Positions 25,984 to 38,700 of a DNA stretch of 64,000 bases are shown here, one piece after another; position 1 is the first letter of the stretch; each line of letters opens with the position of its first letter. Both the position numbers and the translations under genes were made by a program. The notes under the pieces were generated by a model. That model searched no databases. It was given only the letters and a program-made list of their open reading frames with translations, and was not told the origin of the DNA. This stretch comes from Paramecium tetraurelia (taxonomy: Eukaryota), in contig CT868174.1 of NCBI GenBank assembly GCA_000165425.1, positions 186,001 through 250,000 of the forward strand, in the 5' to 3' direction.

Positions 25984-26621
25984 TAATAATATTATGAATT
26001 AGTTATTTAACAAATTTTATATTAATACAATAAAAAAGAATAATCTGTATTATTCATTCCTCCAGAATTTATAAAACTTTTTAAATTTGATTCTCAATTT
26101 AATTATCAAATCAAATATATTAATTAGAATTGATAGAAAAAAAATCTCAACTTTATCTTAGGATTTTATTAATTAGGCTATGATCCAAAGCTTTATTTAA
26201 AAACGGAATATTGTTTGGGGCTATGAATCTAATTGATTCCTCTTATGTATTTAGATGTTAACTCGCCTAACTTTATTAGGTTATTTTACTTAATAAATAT
26301 TATTTATGTGTCCGAGAAATCCATCTTATCATAGGCTTATCAATGCCTAAGTTCTAGACTTATATTATATTAAATAGGATACTCAAATAATAGAATTCTA
26401 AATTGTTGACTAGTTATAAAATATTTATAATAAATACTTATAAAATATCCTGTATAAATTTTATGTTGAATAAATATCTTTAATATTTATGATGTTAGAT
26501 TCACTGGTTAAGAGGAGCAATTCAACTTGGATATAACTTGAATATGATCAGGATCTCTATAATTATATAGTAGCAATATATATAAAAATTATTTGGGCAG
26601 ATATATAATAAATAAAAATAA

Positions 26622-27884
26622 ATGGAATCGTTGAATGAATATGTATTATAATTTATTGAATAATAACGATGCCATCGTCATCCATTGGAGAGGGCAAAAA
26701 TGATAAAATTGAAATGTAATTTTCGTGATTCATTTATTTGCACATAATGTATAGAGATTGATAGTCATCTATAAATGATGTCCATAAAACGAGCCTCAGA
26801 TTTATTAACTAATTTCATTATGTTTGAGTGGAAATAACCATAATAAAAGACTCAATCGATAAAAGATAAATTACAATAATTTACAGATGTGTTCAATAAT
26901 CTGTTACAATAATTGGAGACCCAGATTAATGAGCGAGATTAAAAATCATAGAATTTACAAAAGAATTATTTCTAGAAGCTGAATGAAATAGAAAGATTAA
27001 TAAGACATCTCACTACTGATTCTTAGGCTGATAAAAAAATAAAAGATGTAAACCAAATGGAAAGACAAGTCTAATTGTCTGATAATCTTAAATCATCACT
27101 ACTTTTATTACTGTAAAATGATGAATTGTTATCAACATGCAATCAAAAAGAACACACTTTTTTTAATTAAAGATTAGAGAAGAGACTTAACATTTTGGAA
27201 GACACACTCTAAGATATGACTGCATAAATACAATAATAAATGGAAGAATTCAATCATAATATATAGAATATTTCAATGTCTCGTAAACTGTCAAATGCTG
27301 AACCTTTTATGGGAACCTAATCAATCTTGGCATCTCCAACAATGAATGCAAGTCCAAGTCAAAGATAGCTATTTTTATCGACTTTCAGCAGTCAATTGTC
27401 TAAGACTTTTCTCAATCCATTTACATTTAAATAAGTGCATTCTTAATTCAAATTAATCAGTCCAACCAGATTACTTGTACCTCCAAATACTGGCAATAAA
27501 ACAAATAAAACCAGATTAGCCTTGATAGGACCTCGTTTGTAAGAAGGGCCTCTTAAACCACCGAAATCAATCACATTTAGTATCTAGCAATAAATATTAT
27601 AAACATTTTAAATAGGAGTATGTGAGACTGGATCAGTTGAATTAGATCCCACAAAACCTCACAAATTGTTTTTGGCTTCTAAATTCCCCTTTTTCAATAG
27701 GGGAGATCAGCTTACCCTAACAGTGAATCCTGCCACTGGTTTAATCCAATTAGTGAAGAATAAGGCATTTAATTAGCCAGTTCAAGCTGAGCTGTAAATT
27801 GATTGTTGGACTAATATGGTCTTTGTGGTGGCATCTTCAGATTGTGGAGGTTCAGGAGAGATACACATAATATACGATGAATGA
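26622..27884 (+). CDS. Hypothetical protein: B-box-like Zn finger, coiled coil, C-terminal SPRY-like beta domain
   Basis: Intronless table-6 ORF; RCHRHP...FICTQCIEIDSH; heptad-rich middle; C-terminus ITFSIQQ...FQIGVCE...PFFNRGDQLTLTVNPATGLIQLVKN. Confidence 0.72.
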
Positions 27885-27952
27885 GAATCTATATATTTTT
27901 ACAAATAAAAAGATCGTTAAGGGAAACCTTAAATTATTAATAAATAAATTTA

Positions 27953-30310
27953 ATGTCTTAAATCAATTTTGAGAATGAGGGTTATGAATATTAACCATCT
28001 GAACATTCAGAAAGAGAGTAACCAACACCAACTAAGCCAAATCAACAACTCCTATAGTAGTAACAACAAAGATTCACTTAAGAATCTCTAGTATACAGTG
28101 CATGTAAGATAATAAATTCAAATCTTCTTTAGCATCCTAGGATACAAATCGTATATTTTAGTCAGTAAGTTCACCTAATTTCTAAAAAGGACCATTAATT
28201 CTGGTGAATAATGAATAGGATTAATAGTAAAATCAGGTTCTACAACCCAAATAGTAAGTTAGTAATTAAAATATGCCAAAAGTGGTGCAGATAATAAGGC
28301 CGGACAGTTCAAAGAAATAATAAGTATAACCTTCAAGTCCTAATAAAACACCAGTTTAAGAATCAAAATTACCTCAATTTGTTTAACAATCTCAATAATC
28401 TCAGATGTCCTAACTTTCATTATAACAATAGCAACAATAATCTTAATAATAATCTTAAGGTACAGTGGCAGAGTTGGAATAACAACTGATGTAGGAAAGG
28501 TTGAATTCAGAATAATTAAGAATTTATAATCACATTATTAAAATGGAATTAGAGAAAAAATTGTATAATTAGGGAGTGTTTATAACTAATTCAAAAAACA
28601 AGAAAAGAAATGAGAATGCCATTGATATCTATTTAGAATTGTAACACAATAGAGTGTAGATGTAAACTATTTAGAATGAATTTAAATAGAGAGATCAAAT
28701 TATATAACATTTAGAAAATTAACTTAAATAATCAAATTAGATTAATGAACTAATGAAAAAACATGACAATGAATTATAATAATAGAATGAAGAGTTGTCA
28801 TAATCGATGGAAGAGGCCATGAAGAATATCACTCATGCCAATTAGACAATTCAACAATAAGAACAAGAGAAGGATGCTTTGATTGATCATATTGAATAAC
28901 AGAAAGAACAAATTGAACAATTGCAATAATAAGTAGAAAAGTTGAAATTTGAAAATTAAGAAAGAAAGAAATAATCAGAAACATCAAATGATCAAATTAA
29001 AAAAATGATTCAGATTTAAGATAAACTAGGTTAGTTGGAAGAGGAATTACAATTAAAAAAGAATGAAGTTGCTACTGCAGAAAATTCAAAGAAAGTATAA
29101 AATTACTCATATTATTTTAGTAACTACAAAAGAATATTTCAGACAAATAAAAAGAAATCATGAGTTTTTAATTATAACTGACTGAGGCCAATAATAAGTT
29201 GTTAGAGTGCGAATAGGCAAATAGAGAATTGAGTAGATAATTTAATTAAAGTGTCTACTAAATGTCACAACTGAAAAAGTATCTTACAACTTAATATTAG
29301 ATAAACTGAAGATTAATAAAGTAGAATTGAAAATTTGGAATAGTTAAATTATGAAATTGAAAGCAATATGACTAAGACAGGAAGACAAATTTGTGAAGCT
29401 GATAGAATGATGAATGAAAAAGAATAGTTAATTAAAAAATAATAATAAGAATTGGAGAATATCTTAAAATAAAATGAAGATATGTCTAAGGAATTCAATC
29501 AACTAGTTCAAGTACATTAATAATTTGGGGCTTTGAATGAAAAACATCAATAATTTTAATAAAAATATGAATTGCTCTAAAAAGAATATCAGTAAAGAAA
29601 TAAGGAATTTCAGGAAGCATCTTAATAACTTGAAATCTCTTAATAAGAAATTCAGTAGTTGAAGCAGATAAACAATGAACTCTAAAATGAAAGATAGTAA
29701 ATCTTGGAAGAACTTGATATCTTATAACAAGTTAAATATGAATCAGAATAAACTATTTAGTAATTAAAATTTGATAATAATGAATTATCCTTACTCTTGC
29801 AAGAAAGATAAGAGTTAAGTGGCAAATACCATGCTTTGGAGATCAAATTCTAAGCAGATATAGAATATTATGAAAAGTAATTATAAATTATTATGGAATA
29901 GGACAATAAAGGAGATGAATGAGAAATTGGAGTTGTCCTAGAATACGTCTCCAAATATCGTTTTGGAAGAGAAGAGGTTGGTAGAATTGCACAAGATTTA
30001 CGAAAAACTTGATAGATTGCTATTTCATCTAACATAAAAAATCACAAATGAAAAACCATCATTCAAGGTCGATGTAGTAATTTCATAGTTAAATGGGTCA
30101 ATTGAATAGATTGAAAAGTATTTCAAGTTGTCTAGCAATCGTCCCTAATAAGAGAAATTTTTAAATTCTTAAGGATCTATGATGATAAATGATAATAAAA
30201 TGAGTACTAATAGACCATCTGACGCGGAAATATTCAAAGGCAATGATATCACCAATATTAAATAAATTTAAACATAGCAAACAATAGCAAAAAGAAGATA
30301 TTTTCTATGA
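27953..30310 (+). CDS. Long coiled-coil protein with Gln-rich N-terminus
   Basis: MSQINFENEGYEYQPSEHSERE...; extended E/K/Q heptads; small GT..AG introns near 28104, 29094 and 29877; ends KRRYFL-TGA. Confidence 0.78.
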
Positions 30311-30395
30311 ATTATTATTATATATTTATTATAAATTTAATAGAAAATGGAGAAAAAGGCTGTTCGTAATTTAATATTTTCTTTTAATATGAATT

Positions 30396-31757
30396 TCATT
30401 AATAGAATTCAAATAATTCTTCTACGTAGTTAATGCCATATTTTTCAATTACTTTTGCTTTTTCAATTATTTATAATAATTGATGTCTTGCATCAACTGG
30501 AAACACAATGGTAAATTCTACTTGTCCATTTTTTACTCTATGGGTTATGATATATATTGTACTCCAAATCATTGTATGTTAATAAATAGGATTTATTTGC
30601 TGGGAATTCATGGAAAAAGTCATCTACTTTTACTTCGTTGATCACTTCAGGTTTATCAATATTGGCATAATTAATTAGTGAAAGTCTTGGATCAATACCA
30701 ACAAGTCTAAATTACAAAACATATGTGGAATTCAATTGGAATTGATAGATATCCATAAATGTAACTGGCTCTTCTCCAACATATTCATCTCTGACCTAAA
30801 ATGAATTAATGATGTAATTTACTTTAACCGCGTTATACTCTGGTTCAGGTAACCAATTTTCTCCATCATAATAAGATCTTATATCAATAGTAAAAATGGT
30901 TGGCTTGGCGTCTCCATTGTTGTTATTTTACCAAAGAGCAATTAAATGAGGATGTATCCAATTGGTAACATTGATTAAGGTGTAAGGCAATGCGTCTTTG
31001 ACTTAAATAATGTAAAATGCTTTCTGAGCTAAGTGGGGCTTGATCAACATGATTTCAGCTTGTCCAACTTCGAAGTCTTATCCATAAACAGCGAATGTCT
31101 CATCATCAACCTACCAGTTGAATAACTCAGTTTATCCTGTCTTATTTGGATAGTTATATTCAAAAACAGGACTCATGTCAAATTGAGTGTCTGCTGCGTA
31201 GGTTTGAGGGATGATTCTAATGATGAAGTGACATGTGTTATTATTTGAATATTGTTTTTCCAAATCTTAAGTGATTAAGTATCTAATCTTGTCTGCTTAT
31301 CTGTCTAATATCATGAGGCGAAATTCTATCATTATATAATTGTATTACTATCAGCCAAAGTTTCCTTTTATTATTTTTCACTGTTTTGTTTAACCACATT
31401 GCTAGCCTGGAAGGTAAAGGATTGGTTGAGTTTACCGGTTTTAAGATCCAACAACTTGACTTTCAAATCATCTGGGTCAAGGTAACTCAAGGTCCTAATT
31501 ATTATTTTTAAATAGTACATGGGGTAGATCTGAGAGAAAAATTTGACATCACAGGTGATTTGGCCTTAGCCAATTATATTTTGTGACTCAATGTCATACA
31601 ATTCATATGAGCCACCGTCGTAATAAATAAAAGCTTGATTTTCATTTAAGGGGATGATCTTGTCAAAATATCTGCAATCAGCCTCGGATTTGACCTTGAC
31701 TGACGATGAGAGAAGAATCTTAAGTTTTAAGTCATCTTTACGTTCCTACTATATCAT
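30396..31757 (-). CDS. Hypothetical beta-strand-rich (propeller-like) protein
   Basis: MIQQERKDDLKLKILLSSSVKVK... to ...YVEELFEFYQ-TGA; many C-ending codons suggest high expression; introns 31495-31518, ~31326-31348, 30796-30822. Confidence 0.75.
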
Positions 31758-31870
31758 TTGATTTGGATTAATAAATTTTATTCAAAAATAGAGATACCTT
31801 TTTTAGTTTAAATACTCTACATTGAGTTAATAATTCTGTTAGAATTATCAAATAATTTTTACATTAATAC

Positions 31871-33632
31871 TCAAATTTTACACCCGCATTCTATATCAAG
31901 ATTCTTAAAATCAATAATAACGGCCTCGTTAATCTTCTCGTATAATTTTATGACATCTAATTAATAAATGTCACATTCATTCTACAAAAGTGAGCATAAA
32001 TTAGGAACTGTTCTGTCTAAATCTGAATGAATGAACTCTTTAATATAGGTACCTGCACTACTCAACACATAAACCAAAAGCCATTTCTCATTAATTTTCT
32101 TAATCAATAATGAATGGATGATCTTATCTCTCACCATTTGAGTCCTTCTGTGTAGTACTCTTATTGGAGTCTTCTATTTAATGACTAAATCTTTGATTTG
32201 ATTTGCCTATTCTAACAAATCTGCATTGACTGCGTTCTTGCATTCAACTACACAACAATAAGCTTTGACCTTGTTTGTTTCTGAGTTCTTCAAATCTCCA
32301 AAAATGTTGGTGTCAGTATATGTCAATGGAGTTACTTTAACTACATTTTATGAATTGATCTTAGATTCTATTTAACTAAGGATTTCTTAAGTCTAATTAA
32401 GGACTCCTTGGTGAGGATCCACTAATTCAATAGCAAAAGGTCGACCATTTCCTAACATTCTTACATCAATATCTTCCCTGCCTCCTGAATGAAACTTCAC
32501 GCTTGAAGGCTTAAATATCTTGCATGCTTCTGCACTCACCAAATCTTCAATTGAATCTTCATAGATTTTATTCCCATCTATAATCCATGGAGTCTAACTG
32601 ATGTATCTTCCTAATTTAATGTAGTTGCCTTTGATAAAAATATTCTAATAGCTAGTAGACACTTCTAACTTAACTGGATAGTTAACATTTACTATCTTAT
32701 AGGATGATATCTAAGCGTTGGTTAATTTCGAGATTTTCTCCAAATTATTTTAGGTTGGCAAAAATGGTTGAGATTATTGATTTTTCTTCTGCAATAATCT
32801 ATTATGAGTTTCTGCCTTCAGTTGAGGATCATTCATTTTTAACTAAATTATATTAGAATCTTACTTTCTTTGTGATTTTCTCTTCCCATTATTAATCATC
32901 TATATCTGAGATTATTTTCTTAAACTATTCAAACTATTTCACATCATCCCCAATATTCTCAAAATTTAAACATATTTAAAATCGATCATCATTTGCGTCA
33001 CTGGGGACTTTAAGTGATTCACTTAATAAACCACACATTATCCACTTCACGCAAATCTTAATGTCTGTTGCAAAATTTGGAGTTCTAATGTATTCATATA
33101 AGGGGTCTATCTAACCAATTTCTGAAATGCATTGATTTACGATTATTATTTATCTAATTTAGCAGCCAATTGGTGTTTTGACTTAAAATTTAAATGCTTC
33201 GAATTAATATTACTTTTTTTATATCTCATCCACTAGTATTCCTATAAATTTTGAATCATCCACACATTGTAATATTCCATGACATACTAAACATTTATTA
33301 ATTTTATCAAAGGTGTGAAAAGGGTTTTTAATAAATTAATCTTTTAATGAAGAATGACAAGTTAAAGGCTGTACATCAGAATCTAAAATCTCAGCCTTCC
33401 TTTTATAGAACAAGAAATCGTACTCTTCTACTAATTTCTTAACATAAGTTTAATTATTTACATTTTCATTTCCAATCATTTTTCCTACATCAAACAACAA
33501 TTAAATGAATTGTTGAGTCTCCCTGTATGTACTAATATCTGTAATTTTGAACAATCTCAATATACATCTAATACACACATCTCTCTCGAATAATTTATTA
33601 AACAGAATTGCTTTGGATTCACTTAATTACAT
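31871..33632 (-). CDS. PUS10: tRNA pseudouridine synthase Pus10
   Basis: N-terminal CIRC and CLVCHGIL Zn site; GNYIKLGRYISQTPW, FHSGGREDIDVRMLGNGRPF (catalytic Asp), QKTPIRVLHRR, AGTYIKEFIHSD..RTVPNL, CDIYQLDV. One 22-nt intron near 32843-32864. Confidence 0.93.
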
Positions 33633-33882
33633 TATTTATTTTATATTAAAATAGAATTATTAAAAGAATACTCCTTATTTTGAGACTCAAATTTTCATTA
33701 TAAAGTTCTGATTTTTTATTTAATTTTATACTAAAGAATTAGCTTTATTGAAGAATAAGAGATTTCTTCACTTTCTATTCAATAAAATAAGCAAATATAG
33801 TGAGAATCAAATAGCATATTGAAAGTATAATCAACATTTTATTATACAAATTAATAAAAATTGAACTGATATAATTTATAAG

Positions 33883-34489
33883 TCAACTTAATAAAATGCA
33901 TTAATCATCTTTTAATTATTCTTTTAACTCCAAACATTACTCTTAACTTATCTAAAATATTAATACTTCACATTTCATACTTAAATAGGCTATTAAAGAT
34001 TAGTTTGCATATAAAATGAAGATTTTTTATCAAGAAATGGGTGGGATTCACAGAGTAAATCTTCTGATTGTAGTTCATTTATAAATTATTAAAATTCTTC
34101 TTAATTATTTATCTTAGTATCCTCATTGATTCGCTATTTAAACAACTCGTTTCTTTTTTTAAATTATTCTATTGTTTCTTTGTGTCTGTTTTATAATTGA
34201 ACCAGAGATTATCTCATACTCTCCAAAAGATGGGGCTTTATTTGAAATTATCCGTTTTGTTTTTCTGATTAACAAATTTCATGTTATTTCTCCTGTTCCG
34301 GTTGATCTACATCATATGCAAATATTTTAGTAAGTAAATTAATCTAATAGTTAAATTGTCTATGAGTACATTTCTTCGATACTTTTGTAAGGCTTCTTCT
34401 CTTTCAAGTCCATGTTGGTCTTTAGTATTAAATTTCAATTCAATATGGCTTTAATTTGGAAAATCTTTGAAAGTTTAATTATTGGACAT
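33883..34489 (-). CDS. Hypothetical protein (~180 aa)
   Basis: MSNNQTFKDFPNQSHIELKF... open under table 6 with two GT..AG introns. No recognised domain. Confidence 0.55.
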
Positions 34490-34534
34490 GAAAATTTATA
34501 TATATATTAAATAATTATCATAATTAATTAATAA

Positions 34535-35137
34535 ATGGACCTTGTAACAAAGTAGGCATAAAACAATAGAAAAATCCCAGAGGCCATTTTCTTTGAAAAT
34601 ATTGATGAATTGATCTCTAAGAATTCAATCCAAAGATTGATGGAAAGCTTATAAGAAGCATATAAGTATGAAATTAATTGAGTTTAGCAAATACAAATTT
34701 ATGGAAGCACAATTGGTCAAGTAAAGAGAATCAATGCAAAATAAATTACCAGAAATTGAAAGAGCTTTGACCATAGTAGAACACTTGGAACACTAAAAAG
34801 AAGATGAAGTTGTTGACTTTCTTATTACAGATACTATTTATTCAAAAGCTGTTTTACCTAAAGAAAATAAGACAGTTGCCCTTTGGTTAGGTGCCAATGT
34901 TATGGTAGAATTTGAATTCAACGAAGCTAAAGGCCTTTTATCTTCAAACAAAGAAAATGCCAGCTCGAATCTTAGATAATTTGTATATCCCTTTTATTGA
35001 TATAGGATGAAGACATAGTGTTCTTAAAAGATTAAATCACTACAATCGAAGTTAATATAGCCAGAGTATACAATGCTAATATTAGAATCTAATAAACACA
35101 ATAATAATAGCAATAGCAATAGTAATAAGTAAAATGA
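34535..35137 (+). CDS. PFDN3: Prefoldin subunit 3 (VBP1/PFDN3)
   Basis: RKIPEAIFFENI, KYKFME, TVALWLGANVMVEF, FLKDQITTIEVNIARVYN; two tiny introns; poly-Gln tail. Confidence 0.93.
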
Positions 35138-35759
35138 AATGTATTTATTTAAAGTACATAAAATATTGTATTATTTTCAAATTCAATTAACTCCCTCTCT
35201 ATTCAATTTTCAGCATGTAGAGATTATAATTAAAGTTGCTTTTTGTTGGACTTATAATATTGAGGATCTTTGTATTATGCCTCTTAATAGGTAAGATAAC
35301 AAAGAAGGAAATGTTATTGAAGTCGGATTTCTTTTAATTTTTATGAAAAATCTACCATTTCAAATGATTGTATTTTGCCTTTCTTCTTATCTCTAAATAT
35401 TTAATAGATATTAAGATTATGTTATGCTTTTTTTCAATAAACCAAAATTCTTCTACATCTTTTAAGATGAAGTTCAATAATTATTTGTTTAGTAATTTAA
35501 AGTTATCTTCAGAAGAAGGACAATTTCAGTAAATTCCCAAACCTTTTATCTAATGTTATAGTATTTGATGAATAATTTTAGTTGTAAGTTCGAAATAATA
35601 TGGTAAAGGCTCAAATATTAGATATGAATCGAGAAAAAATGATTTGAATTAGAGTTTATCAGAGGTTTTTTACAGTATTAACGACTCCACTCGGATTCCT
35701 AGATAGAGATGAGAATTTAAGAATTAAATGAATTTATATAGTTGAATAAAATCAAAAAA

Positions 35760-38700
35760 TCAATAAAATAGTGTAACTGCAGCACCTTATTCTTCAACTT
35801 TTGGACCTTGAAATGCCTTTCTTAGTTTTTCTAATACCAATTTAGATTATTGAATAAAGTCGAATATAAATGATACAGCTAAAATTGATGTGGATGTCAA
35901 AATGTGTAGCCATCCTAGACTTATCGAATTTTCTAAGGTTAGAGACATTTCTACTCTGTAAGCATAAAATAGAAATGTGATAGTATTGAATATGATCAAC
36001 GACTCAGTAATGATGTTTTTATAATATTCATATTAATTTGACAGAGGCCTATTTGCAATGAGATAACACAAAAATAAGGTCTAATTAATTGCTATACATA
36101 GGGTTTAAAGTTGGCCTTCTTTTTACATAAATACTATCAAACTAATGAAAACCATTTTTTTAATAAGCAACACTGCATTGAATTGGGTAACCCATACAGA
36201 TTTTGATTCTTAGACTCCTTCAAACAATGCATCGAATTTATTTTTGACTTTTAGTGTTGAAGTACTTGAAAAGCTTTGCATTACATGGAAAGTATATAAT
36301 GAGATTAAAATGTAAGTAGTAAAAACAAAAAGAGACAAATAAGAGTTGATTACTAAGACTGAATCTTGACTTTGAAAATATGACAATTGAATGGTAGTGG
36401 CAAAGCAAACATCATAAGAATTTGACATGATTATTCTTAGAATTCCATTATAGTAAAACTATTTGGATTTCTATTTTAAACTTCTCCTTGTAGAATAAAT
36501 TAATTTTCCTATTGTTAGATTAATTTTGGAAACATAATATGGCCCAATTTTATATAATAAAATGTGAATATATTTAGTGGCCAAGTAACCTCCAAAGGCT
36601 GAAGTAAAACAAAAAAGGAAGCTCTAGAAGTTTGTAAAAAAGTATGCATTAATTTCGTCCTTTTGAAATTTATTCATCGTTGGTATGAAATATGTAGCAT
36701 CTCCATCTAAGGAGTTAAAAAATTTATCGATTCCAAAGGCTGACATTAGAGGGGAAATGGTAATCAATTTAAAAACATCAAAATAAATATTAAGATTGTT
36801 TGGAAATTGGATGTTGATGTATTTGATGTAGGATAAATATTGTAATTAATCCATGAGATTCCAAAAGATATCTGAAGAGCCTGTTAGCAAACATAAGGAG
36901 GATAATCCTGCTAATGAGTAGATGACAGCTTAGTTGAAGGCTGAGGCACTTTAAGCAATAGCTTTTTAAGCTTAACTTAAGACTGATGGGGTCAGTAAGA
37001 CTAATGTTCCTTAAGATTCTTTGAGAGTTAAGTTGAATTCAGAGAGTATTGGTTCATCAATGAATTTAATTTAAAAAACTGGACTATCAACAGGTACAAA
37101 GAAATTAATCTTAAAATTTAGAACAATTTCAGTAATTTCATCTGATGGACTCGCTTTCATCACTGATTAAGTAATCTGAAATTCGCTATTCTCCATATTA
37201 AGGATGTCTGTTATTACGAAATTTGAGATGTCATTATTTATGCTACTAGCATACTTCATTTTTTGATCAAATTTAACTTGTACATCTTCGAAATCTTCTG
37301 GAGCTTTAGTTACTAGATTGATCGTAAAGGAAGGTTACTTAGAATAAAAGCAGTTCGAGAAGGTACCCTCATTGTTAAAACAAACAAAATCATTTTCAAT
37401 TAAACATTATGAATTACATCCATCTCCATCATCAAAATTACCATCATCACAAGCTTCAGCAGATTTTACAAAAACACCATCTCCACATTAAGCTATGCAA
37501 ATGTTCTGATCTACAAACCTCCCGATTTCGCACTTTTGACAAATTCCTTCCAAACAATCTGTACAATATTAATCACAAGCTAATTTACACTTGTAACAAC
37601 CATCATTAAAGTCGTCATTCATATCATCACATTATTCATATCCAATAACAACTCCATCTCCACAATAAGGAGTACATTTGTGTTATTCAATGACCCAACC
37701 AAAAACGTCACATTCATAGCAAATACCCAACTCGCAGGTGGTACACATCTCTTCACATTGATATTAACACATAAAACAACCATCGAATTCTACAGTATTG
37801 CCATCATCACATTATTCCTATCCTTTAACAACATATCCATCACCACAAACAGGAAAACAAATATGATTTTCTATATCCCATCCTTATACACCACATTTGT
37901 AACAAACTCCTAATTAACAATCGGTACATTCTGGTTAGCATTGATAATTGCATTCAAAACATCCATCATATGGGATTTAATTACCATCATCACATTCTTC
38001 ATTCCCTATAACAAGTTTATCTCCACAAATAGGAATGCAATAATTCCAATCCAACTACCAACCTAAAGTATTACATTCTTCACAAAATCCTTTAATGCAT
38101 CTAGTACATTGTTTTTAGCACTCAAAATAACATTGATAACATCCATCTTCTCCTATATCATTAGCATCATCACATTACTCATTTCCTATTACAATTCCAT
38201 CTCCACAAACTGGCTAGCATTCCCTAATAAGTGTATTTATCTCCCAACCAATTCCAGTACATTAATAACATAGACCATCTATACAAGTTGTACATTATTT
38301 ATGGCATTAGTAATTGCAATCAGAACATCCATCATCACTAATTTTGTTTCCATCATCGCATTATTCATTAAAAACAACTATTGCATCACCACAAATGCTA
38401 TAACAAGTGTTAGTTTTAGTATTTAAATAATATCCATTAAGACATTGATCACACTTCCCTTGATTGCAAATATCGCAATAGGCATCACAAGAATATTAAC
38501 AATTAAAACATCCATCATATTGCATATCATTGCCATCATCGCACTCTTCTTCAATAGACTTTATTCCATCTCCACAAAACGAAACGCACTAATTTTACAA
38601 TTAATCCACTTTACCATAACCAGAGGAGGTGAGACATTTTTGACATTGTCCATAAACACAAGAAGAGCAATATTTTGGACAATCAAATCTATTTTAAAAA

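Noticed and set aside
28492..28521. 30-nt GT..AG segment as an intron in the coiled-coil gene
   Set aside because: Purine-rich, reads in frame as MQERLNSEQLR and fits the coiled coil, so it is more likely exon.
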